Assembly (NCBI GenBank): GCA_964529965.1
Contig: CAZHAD010000004.1
Span: forward strand, 10,358 to 73,142
DNA: 62,785 nt
Origin: an uncultured Leptospirales bacterium
GTDB taxonomy: Bacteria; Spirochaetota; UBA4802; UBA5550
Direction of reading: 5' to 3'
In this document: piece by piece, positions 28,804 to 37,414 of the stretch
Position numbering within the stretch: position 1 is the first letter of the stretch
How the letters are laid out: every line of letters begins with the position of its first letter
The notes under the pieces: generated by a model
The model's input: only the letters and a program-made list of their open reading frames with translations
Databases searched by the model: none
Told to the model about the DNA's origin: nothing
Made by a program: the position numbers and the translations under genes

Positions 28804-30624
28804 ATGACCGGAAAAAATAAGATCGCCGTATACATTCACCATGATGGAAATGGAAGCCATGGTGGGGTCGACTTTCAGGCGGTTGCCGAATACGCAAAGG
28901 GGATATCGAATGTCGCCCGGGTCCAATTGTTCACCGAGGGAAAAAAATTGGATCCTCCGGCCCTGGCGGATGATTTTCAAAAATCTGGTTTTACCAGAAT
29001 TGTCATCGGAGGAACATCGCCCGGGTATTTCAAACCCGCCTTTACCCGTGCCATGGCGGAGGCCGGAGCGGACCCGGACGAGGTGAGGCTGGCCTCATTC
29101 AAGGAATTCGGCGCAAGCCTGGAGGGACAGACCGAGCGCGCCAAGGCGATTCTGGCGTGCGCCGTATACGGAGTGCCCTTCGGCCTGGCTGCGGTGCCCG
29201 AGAACCTACCCGTCAATCCGGCCACGCTGATCATCGGCGGGGGGATTGCGGGTATTCAGGCCGCGCTTGAAATAGCGGACTCCGGCCACAAGGTGCACCT
29301 GGTCGAGCGGCTCGGGACGATCGGCGGCCATATGGCCATGTTTGACAAGACCTTTCCCACCCTCGACTGCGCCGCGTGTATTCTCACTCCCAAGATGGTG
29401 GCGGTCGGGCAGCATCCGAACATTGATCTGATGGTCTATTCCGAAATTCAGGAAGTAACCGGCAGGCCCGGGGAATATCGCGTCAACGTGCTGAAGCGCG
29501 CGACCAGGGTCGACCCCAAGGCGTGCGTGGCGTGTAACACCTGTGCTGAGGTTTGTCCGGTTTCCGTACCCAGCGAGTTTGATGTCGGCATCAGCAACCG
29601 AAAGGCGATCTACATCCCCTTCCCCCAGGCGGTTCCGAATTCATACCTCATCGACGCCGAAACCTGCCTGTATATCCAGAGCGAAGGTAAAAAGTGCGGC
29701 GCATGCCTGAAAAAGTGCGCCAAGGAAGCGATCCGCTTCGACGAGAAAGACCAGACTGTTGAATTGCAGGTGGGCAACATCATCGTGGCCACCGGTTATG
29801 ATACCTTTGACGCCCACCGCATCGAGCGTTATGGATACGGCGTGCTGCCGAACGTTCTCACCTCACTGGAATTCGAACGCTTGACCAATGCCTCCGGACC
29901 CACCGGCGGCAAGATCGTGATGAAGACGAAGAAGTACAACAAGCGCACCAAGACCGACGAGTGGGTGTTCGATTCCGAGGGTCCGCAACCCAAGGCTGTC
30001 GCCATCATCCACTGCGTGGGATCGCGCGATCAGAATTACAATTCCTACTGTTCGCGGGTGTGCTGCATGTATTCCCTCAAGTTCGGGCATCTGGTACGCG
30101 AGAAGCTGCCGGACGCCATATGCTACGAGTATTACATCGACATGCGCGCGTTCGGCAAGGGCTATGAGGATTTCTTCGAACGGGTCAAGGACGAGGGGGT
30201 ATTTGTCATCCGGGGCCGGTCGGCCAATATCACCGAGAGGGACGGCCAGATGATCGTCAAGGGCGAGGACATCATCGCCGATACCGTGGTGGAGATTCCC
30301 GTCGACATGGTCCTGCTCGCAGTGGGACTGCAGCCGACCGCGGATGCGGCTCATCTTGCGTCGATGATCGGGATCGATCGGGTCCAGGACGGCTGGTACC
30401 AGGAGATGGAATACAACGTCGAGCCGACGAGCACCGATAGGGGGGGCGTCTTCGTGGCCGGGGTTTGTCAGGGCCCGAAGGACATTCCCGACACGGTCGC
30501 GCAGGCATCTGCGGTCGCCGCCAAGGTGCTCAAGAGCATCGTCAGCGGAAAGGCGATAGGCAGCAGGGAGCGGCTCACGTTGATAGATATCGAGCAGAGA
30601 GCCGCGGCTCTTGCAAATAAATGA
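28804..30624 (+). CDS. HdrA-family flavoprotein, QmoA-like core with inserted 2x[4Fe-4S] ferredoxin domain and a cysteine-less N-terminal domain
   Basis: Contains 'IIGGGIAGIQAALEIADSG' (FAD) and 'FDKTFPTLDCAACILTPK' (Cys version of the HdrA CxxC/U motif). Also has 'CVACNTCAEVCP', 'CGACLKKCAKEAI' and 'CVGSRD...YCSRVCC'. Confidence 0.85.
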   Translation: MTGKNKIAVYIHHDGNGSHGGVDFQAVAEYAKGISNVARVQLFTEGKKLDPPALADDFQKSGFTRIVIGGTSPGYFKPAFTRAMAEAGADPDEVRLASFKEFGASLEGQTERAKAILACAVYGVPFGLAAVPENLPVNPATLIIGGGIAGIQAALEIADSGHKVHLVERLGTIGGHMAMFDKTFPTLDCAACILTPKMVAVGQHPNIDLMVYSEIQEVTGRPGEYRVNVLKRATRVDPKACVACNTCAEVCPVSVPSEFDVGISNRKAIYIPFPQAVPNSYLIDAETCLYIQSEGKKCGACLKKCAKEAIRFDEKDQTVELQVGNIIVATGYDTFDAHRIERYGYGVLPNVLTSLEFERLTNASGPTGGKIVMKTKKYNKRTKTDEWVFDSEGPQPKAVAIIHCVGSRDQNYNSYCSRVCCMYSLKFGHLVREKLPDAICYEYYIDMRAFGKGYEDFFERVKDEGVFVIRGRSANITERDGQMIVKGEDIIADTVVEIPVDMVLLAVGLQPTADAAHLASMIGIDRVQDGWYQEMEYNVEPTSTDRGGVFVAGVCQGPKDIPDTVAQASAVAAKVLKSIVSGKAIGSRERLTLIDIEQRAAALANK

Positions 30625-30640
30625 TAGGAAGGAGATGATC

Positions 30641-31810
30641 ATGGCGGTGCGGGTAAATCACAAGCTGATCGACGAATTGGAGCATTACGGGGCCCAGGAC
30701 GTCGTTAAATGTTACCACTGCGGGAATTGCAGTGCCGCGTGTCCATTTTCAAAGGAACCATTTATCTTTCCAAGAAGGTCAATGCGGCATCTTCAGATGG
30801 GCCTCGAGGCGAGATTGAAGGCCAATCTCGAACCATGGCTCTGCTACTACTGCGGAGAGTGTTCGGAGCAGTGCCCGCGGGGAGCGGAGCCGGGCGAGAC
30901 CATGATGAGCATGCGGCGCTGGCTCACCGCAAAGTATGATTTTTCAGGAATTTCAAGGCTTTTTTATCGTTCAGGGAAAATAGAGGTACTTGCCGTCTTT
31001 CTTTTGGCCATACTGACAGGGCTGGGATTATTATGGTACGGCTTCAATTTCGGAGGAAAGAGTCTTTCCGTGTACCATGGAGATGGGGCTTTCCTGCCGA
31101 GCTCCGCGATTCATATTTTTGACTGGTCTATGGCCGGGGTTTTAACCCTTTTCTTGTCGATAAACTGCATACGAATGTGGTGGTTTACCATGATGGGCGA
31201 GCGGGGCCCGAAGTTCAGGCTCTGGCCGTATATAAAGCATATATTTCTCCTGCCGATCCACTTTATCACCCAGAAGCGGTACGCCCAATGCAGCAGAAAG
31301 CGGCCGTGGTTTCTGCACCTGATGCTTATGCTCAGCTATGTGACCATGTTCGTGCTGATCATGTTCTTTTTGAGAGATATGCAGACGGGGCCGGAGATCG
31401 ATTGGAACGTGCACACATTCGGATATATCGCGACCGCGGGTCTCCTGATCGCGGTTATTTTCGCGATCCAGGGCCGTATCAGGAAGACTGAGCCCTATCA
31501 CGTCCATTCCCACGAAACGGACTGGATATTCCTGATTCTGCTCTTAATAATCACCGTTACCGGTATAGGCCAGCATGTACTGCACCGGATGGGAATGTAC
31601 GAGGCCGCCAACATTACGTATATCGTTCATCTGATGGGCGTGGTCCCCATGCTGGTGCTGGAGGTTCCCTTCAGCAAGTGGGCGCATCTCGCGTACCGGC
31701 CGCTGGCCATGTACTTTGCCGCGATTCAGACCGATGCCATTACGGTTCCGGAAAAACAACCGGTCATGGCTCCGGGAACGCAGTTAGCCTTTTCAGGAAG
31801 TCGGAGGTAG
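30641..31810 (+). CDS. QmoC-like protein: HdrC-type 2x[4Fe-4S] domain fused to an HdrE/NarI-type cytochrome b membrane domain
   Basis: The N-terminal domain has 'CYHCGNCSAACPFS' and 'CYYCGECSEQCPRG'. About 6 hydrophobic helices follow, with conserved His ('HIFLLPIH', 'FLHLMLM', 'IVHLMG', 'PFSKWAHL'). ATG 30641 lies 6 nt after GGAAGGAG. Confidence 0.8.
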   Translation: MAVRVNHKLIDELEHYGAQDVVKCYHCGNCSAACPFSKEPFIFPRRSMRHLQMGLEARLKANLEPWLCYYCGECSEQCPRGAEPGETMMSMRRWLTAKYDFSGISRLFYRSGKIEVLAVFLLAILTGLGLLWYGFNFGGKSLSVYHGDGAFLPSSAIHIFDWSMAGVLTLFLSINCIRMWWFTMMGERGPKFRLWPYIKHIFLLPIHFITQKRYAQCSRKRPWFLHLMLMLSYVTMFVLIMFFLRDMQTGPEIDWNVHTFGYIATAGLLIAVIFAIQGRIRKTEPYHVHSHETDWIFLILLLIITVTGIGQHVLHRMGMYEAANITYIVHLMGVVPMLVLEVPFSKWAHLAYRPLAMYFAAIQTDAITVPEKQPVMAPGTQLAFSGSRR

Positions 31811-31812
31811 AT

Positions 31813-33525
31813 ATGTCTGGACATAGAATAGGCGTTTACGTATGCAATTGCGGCACCAACATCGCCAAGACGGTCAAGGTCGATGAGGTCGCGGAAGCCA
31901 TGGGGAAATTGGACGAGGTCGCGATCGCCCGCTCGTATAAATACATGTGCTCGAACCCCGGCCAGGAGATGATCGTCAACGATATCAAGGAGTTAAAACT
32001 GGACCGGGTGGTGGTGGCTGCGTGCAGCCCCCGCATGCATGAACCCACGTTCAGGAAGGCGCTGGAAACCGCGGGGCTGAATCCCTATTTCGTGGAGATG
32101 GCCAACATCAGGGAGCAGTGCAGCTGGGTCCACGACGACATCCTCGAAGCGACCGAAAAGGCGAAGGCCCTCACCCATGCGGCGGTTGCAAGGGTCGCAT
32201 ACAACGAACCCCTGGAAAAGCGTTCGGTGCAAATGTCCCCGGCGACGCTGGTCCTGGGCGGTGGAATCGCCGGCATGACCGCCGCGCTGGAGCTAGCCGA
32301 TTCCGACCAGACAGTCTATCTGATCGAACGAAAAGACGTCCTGGGAGGCAACGTCGCCCGAGTCGATCTTACCGCTCCCTATCTTGATTCCGCGCGCGAT
32401 ATTCTTTCCGAGTTGATTACAAAGACGACAAGACACTCCAAGATAAATGTCATGCTCGGAACCGAGCTGGTTCATATGGGCGGATTTATCGGCAATTTCG
32501 TGTGCAAGGTTAAAGACGCCGAGGGTGACGAGACGGAGCTCTCGGTCGGCTCCGTGGTCGTGTGCACCGGATATAAGGAATTCGATGCTTCACGCATCAA
32601 ACAATACGGTTACGGCAAGTTCCCGGATGTCATTACCTCTTTTGAGCTGGAAACCATGATCCGCAAGGGGAGGATCGCCAAAAAAGACGGTACCCTTCCG
32701 AAATACGTATCCATAATACACTGCGTGGGGAGCAGGAGCGAGGAATTTAATACGTACTGCTCGCGCGTATGCTGCATGACCGCGCTCAAATATGCGCATG
32801 AGATAAAGTCCGCCATACCTTCCGCGTATGTGGACGACCTCTACATCGACATGCATGCGTTCGGGAAGGGATGCGAGGATTTTTACCGCAAGAGCTCGGA
32901 AGTAAAAACCATGTTTCTCATGTACAAGAAGAACTCAACGCCGCAGGTGAAACTCGCCGATCCGAAGAAAGACGACTGCAGCATGCTCATCACCGTACAG
33001 GAGCAGCTGTCGGGCGAGGAGATAGAGATCCCCGCCGATCTCATCGTGCTCATGGTGGGCATGGAGCCGAGGGAGGATTCTACTGATGTCGCCCACCTGG
33101 TCAACATCAGCAGGGACAAGGACGGCTGGTTTATCGAGAGCCATCCGAAGCTGGATCCGGTGGCCACCACCACGGACGGGGTCTTCATCGCCGGGGCGTG
33201 CTCTTCGCCCAAGGACATCCCGGACTCGGTCGCACAGGCGCGCGCCGCATCCGCGCGCATTCTCGCGCGGATTTCAATGGGCGAGATATGGACCGATGCG
33301 GTGTATGCCGAAATAGACGAGGAGCTCTGCTCCGGCTGCCGCATGTGCAACGACCTTTGTCCCTACACGGCCATCGAATTCGATGAGGAGAAAAAGCGCA
33401 GCCACGTGATCAGCGCCGTGTGCAAGGCCTGCGGGGCCTGTGTCGCCGCCTGTCCCTCGGGGGCCATCAAGGCGCGGCATTTTACTGATGAACAAATTTA
33501 TGCTCAAATAGAGGGGGTGCTGTGA
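31813..33525 (+). CDS. hdrA: HdrA-family flavoprotein, QmoB-like (N-terminal Cys-rich domain, FAD domain, C-terminal 2x[4Fe-4S])
   Basis: Contains 'IGVYVCNCGTNIAKT', 'VVVAACSPRMHE', 'REQCSWVH' and 'LVLGGGIAGMTAALELADS'. Also has 'CVGSRSE..YCSRVCC', 'CSGCRMCNDLCPY' and 'CKACGACVAACPSGAI'. ATG 31813 follows GGAGGT. Confidence 0.88.
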   Translation: MSGHRIGVYVCNCGTNIAKTVKVDEVAEAMGKLDEVAIARSYKYMCSNPGQEMIVNDIKELKLDRVVVAACSPRMHEPTFRKALETAGLNPYFVEMANIREQCSWVHDDILEATEKAKALTHAAVARVAYNEPLEKRSVQMSPATLVLGGGIAGMTAALELADSDQTVYLIERKDVLGGNVARVDLTAPYLDSARDILSELITKTTRHSKINVMLGTELVHMGGFIGNFVCKVKDAEGDETELSVGSVVVCTGYKEFDASRIKQYGYGKFPDVITSFELETMIRKGRIAKKDGTLPKYVSIIHCVGSRSEEFNTYCSRVCCMTALKYAHEIKSAIPSAYVDDLYIDMHAFGKGCEDFYRKSSEVKTMFLMYKKNSTPQVKLADPKKDDCSMLITVQEQLSGEEIEIPADLIVLMVGMEPREDSTDVAHLVNISRDKDGWFIESHPKLDPVATTTDGVFIAGACSSPKDIPDSVAQARAASARILARISMGEIWTDAVYAEIDEELCSGCRMCNDLCPYTAIEFDEEKKRSHVISAVCKACGACVAACPSGAIKARHFTDEQIYAQIEGVL

Positions 33526-33959
33526 TGGGATTCGAGCCCCGAATTGTCGGATTTTTATGTAACTGGTGTTCCTATACCGGCGCCGACCTGGCGGGAACGA
33601 GCCGGGTGAAGTATCCGCACAATATCCGGATCATCCGGGTGATGTGCACGGCGCGGATAGACCCGACCTTCGTTCTCAAGGCCATGGCCGACGGCGCCGA
33701 CGGCGTGCTCATCTGCGGGTGCCATCCGGGGGATTGCCACTATGTTGAGGGCAACTTCAAGGCCATGCGCAGATACGCCCTGCTCAAGAGAACGCTGCGC
33801 GATTTCGGCATCGACGATTCGCGGGTGCGGCTGGAGTGGGTGAGCGCGAGCGAAGGCGTCCGCTTCGCGGAGGTGGTCAAGGACATGACCGAGAAGATAA
33901 GAAGCCTCGGCCCGAATAAAGTAAAGGTGGAACTCGCCACCGACGCTGTCGAGAGGTAA
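33525..33959 (+). CDS. mvhD: MvhD (methyl-viologen-reducing hydrogenase delta subunit) family [2Fe-2S] protein, Cys form
   Basis: Contains 'IVGFLCNWCSYTGADLAG', 'IRVMCTARID' and 'LICGCHPGDCHY'. The start overlaps the hdrA stop as GTGATG. Confidence 0.9.
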   Translation: MGFEPRIVGFLCNWCSYTGADLAGTSRVKYPHNIRIIRVMCTARIDPTFVLKAMADGADGVLICGCHPGDCHYVEGNFKAMRRYALLKRTLRDFGIDDSRVRLEWVSASEGVRFAEVVKDMTEKIRSLGPNKVKVELATDAVER

Positions 33960-33963
33960 CAAC

Positions 33964-34929
33964 ATGGCTGATAAAAAGTTGCAAATCGCTCTTTACTGGG
34001 CGGCCGCATGCGGCGGATGCGATGTCGCGGTTCTTGACACCCACGAGTTCATACTCGACGTCGCCGCCCTGGCCGACATACGGCTGTGGCCCATCGCGGT
34101 AGACGGCAAATACAAGGACGTGGAGAAGATGGCTGACGGGGAGCTCGACCTCGCCATCTTCAACGGCGCGGTCCGCAACAGCGAGAATGAAAAGCTGGCC
34201 AGGCTTCTTCGAAAAAAGAGCAAGGTGCTCATCGCCTTCGGGTCGTGCGCGCATCTTGGCGGCATTCCGGGACTGGCCAACTTTGTGAAAAAGGAAGAGA
34301 TTTTCAAGACCGCATACCTGGACAATCCCTCGATCGAGTCCGGGAACAGAGCGGTTCCGCAGCCTGCCACGAAAGTCGACGCAGGCGAGCTGGATATTCC
34401 GAGCTTCTACAAGCGGGTTTACAAGCTCGATCAGATAGTGGACGTCGACTATTACGTGCCCGGCTGTCCTCCTGCGCCGGCCCAGGTCAAGGCGGTCCTG
34501 CTGGCCGTGGCCACCGGGAAATTGCCGCCGAAGGGGAGCGTCGTGGGCGCCTCCGACCGGGCGGTGTGCGACGATTGCAAGCGCAAAAAGACCGAAAAAA
34601 AGATCACCAAGTTCTACAGGCCGTGGCAGATAAAGCAGGACTTTGATGTATGTTTACTTGAACAGGGAATAGTGTGCGCGGGCCCCGCAACCCGCAGCGG
34701 CTGCGGCGTCCGTTGCCCGGATACCGGACTGGGATGCCGTGGTTGCTACGGTCCCCTGCCGCACGTGCAGGACCAGGGAGCGAAGCTTCTTTCGGCGATC
34801 GCCTCCGTGGTCGATTCGAAGGACCCCGCCGAGATAGAAAAGATCATTTCGGATATTCCTGATTTCACCGCCCTGGCGTATCGATTCGGTCTGCCCGCAT
34901 CCATTTTGCAAAGGAGTTTTCGACCATGA
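33964..34929 (+). CDS. mvhG: [NiFe] hydrogenase small subunit, MvhG type (group 3c)
   Basis: Contains 'LYWAAACGGCDVAVLD', 'FGSCAHLGGIP', 'YYVPGCPP' and distal cluster motifs 'CAGPATRSGCGVRCP...GCRGCYGP'. No Tat signal was seen. Confidence 0.85.
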   Translation: MADKKLQIALYWAAACGGCDVAVLDTHEFILDVAALADIRLWPIAVDGKYKDVEKMADGELDLAIFNGAVRNSENEKLARLLRKKSKVLIAFGSCAHLGGIPGLANFVKKEEIFKTAYLDNPSIESGNRAVPQPATKVDAGELDIPSFYKRVYKLDQIVDVDYYVPGCPPAPAQVKAVLLAVATGKLPPKGSVVGASDRAVCDDCKRKKTEKKITKFYRPWQIKQDFDVCLLEQGIVCAGPATRSGCGVRCPDTGLGCRGCYGPLPHVQDQGAKLLSAIASVVDSKDPAEIEKIISDIPDFTALAYRFGLPASILQRSFRP

Positions 34930-36392
34930 GCCGTAAAATAAGCATCGATCCAATCACCAGACTTGAAGGCCACGGTAAGATCGAGATCTTTCTCGACGAC
35001 AGCGGCGCGGTCCAGGATTGCTATTTCCAGATTCCCGAGCTGAGGGGGTTCGAGCGCTTCGTCCAGGGGAGGCCGATCGAAGAGCTACCCAGGATCGTCA
35101 CGCGCATTTGCGGCGTGTGCCCGGCGAACCATCATATGGCGAGCGCAAAGGCGGTCGACGGCTGTTTCGGCAACGAGGTCGCGCCGCTTGCCCACAAGCT
35201 CAGGGAGATGTATTACCAGGCTCATTTCCTTCACAGCCATATTGCGCATTTTTACGCGCTGGCGGCGCCGGATTTCGTATGCGGCCCAGACTCCGATCCC
35301 GCCACCCGCAACATCCTCGGCGTGGTGGCGAAGGTGGGGCTGGAGATCGGCTCCAAGGTCATCAAGGCCCGCGCCATGGCGCAGGAGATCCAGATACTTC
35401 TGGGCGGCAGGTCCACGCACCTGGTGTGGTGCATTCCGGGCGGTGTTGCGCGCGGCCTTTCGAAAGAGAACCTCGAAAAAATAAGGCCGATGGTGTCTGA
35501 GCTTTACGACTTCACGCAGTTTTCCATTGATCTTTTCAAAAAGGTCGTGCTCGGCAACCCCGAATACGTAAATCTCATCCTCAAGGGGCCCTATTCCCTG
35601 GAGGTGCAGAACATGGGACTGGTGGACGAAAACAATGCGCCGAACTTTTACCACGGCAAGGTGCGCGTGGTCGATTGCCTGGGCAAGGAGCTGTTCAAGT
35701 ATTCCCCCAACGAGTACTACAATTATGTGGCCGAGCATGTGGAGTCGTGGTCGTATCTCAAGTTCCCGTACCTGAAGACGCGCGGGTGGAAGGGCTTTGT
35801 CGAAGGCCCTGACTCGAGCATTTACATGGCGACCCCGTTGTCGCGGCTCAATGTGGCAGACCGGATGGCCACGCCTAAGGCCCAGGAGGCGTATGAGGAG
35901 ATGTACAAGACCCTGGGCAAAAAGCCGTGCCAGGCCCTCCTTGCGGCCCACTGGGCCCGGCTGGTGGAGATGGTTCAGAACGCGGAGGTGCTGCAGCAGT
36001 TCTGCGATGATCCGGAAATCACCGGGGATAATTACCGCGTGATCCCCAAGCAGATTACGGGCGAGGGAGTGGGCATAGTGGAGGCGATGCGCGGAACGCT
36101 TACCCACCACTACACATGCGACAAGAACGGCATCTGCACGAGCGCGAACCTCATCGTGGGCACCACAAACAACAACGCGCCGATACACATGGTGACCAAG
36201 AAGGCGGCCTCGACCTTGATTAAACCGGGGGTCGAGCCGACCGAGGGGATACTCAACATGGTCGAGATGGCCTTCCGCTCTTTCGACCCGTGCTACAGCT
36301 GCGCGACACACAGCCTTCCCGGGCAAATGCCGCTGCACGTCCGCATTCATAAGAACGGCGGGCTGTACCGTGAATTTCGGAGAGGGTGTTGA
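34926..36392 (+). CDS. mvhA: [NiFe] hydrogenase large subunit, MvhA type
   Basis: The N-terminal Ni-binding motif 'RICGVCPANHH' and C-terminal 'DPCYSCATH' are present. A 26-aa tail follows, consistent with endopeptidase processing. The start overlaps the mvhG stop as ATGA. Confidence 0.9.
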   Translation: MSRKISIDPITRLEGHGKIEIFLDDSGAVQDCYFQIPELRGFERFVQGRPIEELPRIVTRICGVCPANHHMASAKAVDGCFGNEVAPLAHKLREMYYQAHFLHSHIAHFYALAAPDFVCGPDSDPATRNILGVVAKVGLEIGSKVIKARAMAQEIQILLGGRSTHLVWCIPGGVARGLSKENLEKIRPMVSELYDFTQFSIDLFKKVVLGNPEYVNLILKGPYSLEVQNMGLVDENNAPNFYHGKVRVVDCLGKELFKYSPNEYYNYVAEHVESWSYLKFPYLKTRGWKGFVEGPDSSIYMATPLSRLNVADRMATPKAQEAYEEMYKTLGKKPCQALLAAHWARLVEMVQNAEVLQQFCDDPEITGDNYRVIPKQITGEGVGIVEAMRGTLTHHYTCDKNGICTSANLIVGTTNNNAPIHMVTKKAASTLIKPGVEPTEGILNMVEMAFRSFDPCYSCATHSLPGQMPLHVRIHKNGGLYREFRRGC

Positions 36393-36921
36393 CGCGCAGG
36401 TGAAAACGCTGTTGGTGGGTATGGGCAATCCGATACTTTGCGATGACTCCATCGGAATACGTCTTGCAAAATATATCAATACCCGTATCGGGCTTGCAGA
36501 GGACGTGACCGTACTTGAGGAATGCTCGGTCGGCGGCCTCAATTTAATCGATATCGCCGCCGGGTATGAGCGCATGATTGTGCTGGATTCCATCAGGACC
36601 ACGGTCAACCGTCCGGGATATTGGTACCGGTTCACCGCCGAATCGCTTAAGAAAACGATGAACCTCAACAATATCCATGACGCCAACTTCGCGACAGCGC
36701 TTGACCTGGGCCGGCGGCTCGGCATACCGCTGCCCGATGATAAGGAGATTCATATTTTCGCCGTTGAGGTTCTTGATAACGCCACCTTCTCGGAAACGAT
36801 GACGGAACCGCTTGAACGGAATTTTCATAAATATGCGGCTGAGATTTATTCGGAAATAGCTGAGATGCTGGAAGCATCTCCGGAACCGGAGCGCGTCGCG
36901 CGGATCGGAATATACTCATAA
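36370..36921 (+). CDS. Hydrogenase maturation endopeptidase (HycI/FrhD family)
   Basis: Contains the 'LLVGMGNPILCDDSIGIRL' and 'MIVLDSI' motifs. The true start may be GTG 36400, which lies after the mvhA stop. Confidence 0.85.
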   Translation: MNFGEGVDAQVKTLLVGMGNPILCDDSIGIRLAKYINTRIGLAEDVTVLEECSVGGLNLIDIAAGYERMIVLDSIRTTVNRPGYWYRFTAESLKKTMNLNNIHDANFATALDLGRRLGIPLPDDKEIHIFAVEVLDNATFSETMTEPLERNFHKYAAEIYSEIAEMLEASPEPERVARIGIYS

Positions 36922-36966
36922 GGCACAAATGAAGGGCGGAGGGCCCGATAATATTCCAGTATTGAT

Positions 36967-37383
36967 ATGAATAAACAGAAAAACTGGCTTACAATAGTAA
37001 AAAAATTTGCACCTTTTATCTTAATTATCATTTTCGCTATAATAGGTATTATCGGTTATTCCCTGAGCAACGCTTCGCCGCCCGTGAGGATACTGTTCAA
37101 GTCCAAGGCCGGGTATGTGATCTTTTCACACCAGGCCCATGTGAAAGATTACGGTCTGGAGAAATGCCTGGACTGCCATCATAACATCGCATCACCCGCG
37201 TCTTTGAACATGTCTTCGCCCGAATGGAACTGCAGTTCCTGCCACAATGAAGCATCGACGGAATATGCGAATATCTGCGAGGACAGGGCCCCTCACCGGC
37301 AATGCATCGGTGCGAAATGCGTGGAATGTCATACCGGTATGGGTTTGAATCCCAAAGAGTGTACATTCTGTCATAAATTATGA
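36967..37383 (+). CDS. Membrane-anchored or exported tetrahaem cytochrome c (cytochrome c3-like)
   Basis: 138 aa with an N-terminal hydrophobic helix 'FAPFILIIIFAIIGIIGY'. Four CxxCH motifs are present: CLDCH, CSSCH, CVECH, CTFCH. Confidence 0.85.
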   Translation: MNKQKNWLTIVKKFAPFILIIIFAIIGIIGYSLSNASPPVRILFKSKAGYVIFSHQAHVKDYGLEKCLDCHHNIASPASLNMSSPEWNCSSCHNEASTEYANICEDRAPHRQCIGAKCVECHTGMGLNPKECTFCHKL

Positions 37384-37414
37384 TGAATATTATAATAATT
37401 GTAAAGTCTGGAAT

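Noticed and set aside
28331-28980. ORFs 28331..28525 (+, 64 aa) and 28585..28980 (-, 131 aa).
   Set aside because: They are AT-rich, low-complexity, Phe/Ile/Asn-rich translations. The second runs antisense into the hdrA-like start. Both are most likely non-coding promoter DNA.
30611-30640. The upstream TTG 30611 or ATG 30635 as the start of the QmoC-like gene.
   Set aside because: TTG 30611 overlaps the upstream gene. ATG 30635 abuts the GGAAGGAG box with no spacer, whereas ATG 30641 has canonical spacing. The difference is only 2-10 residues.
35085-36725. A 546-aa ORF on the minus strand, one of the longest in the track.
   Set aside because: It is entirely antisense to mvhA and the maturation protease. 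Its translation is Arg/His/Gly/Pro/Ala-rich with no motif, as expected for the reverse frame of GC-rich coding DNA.
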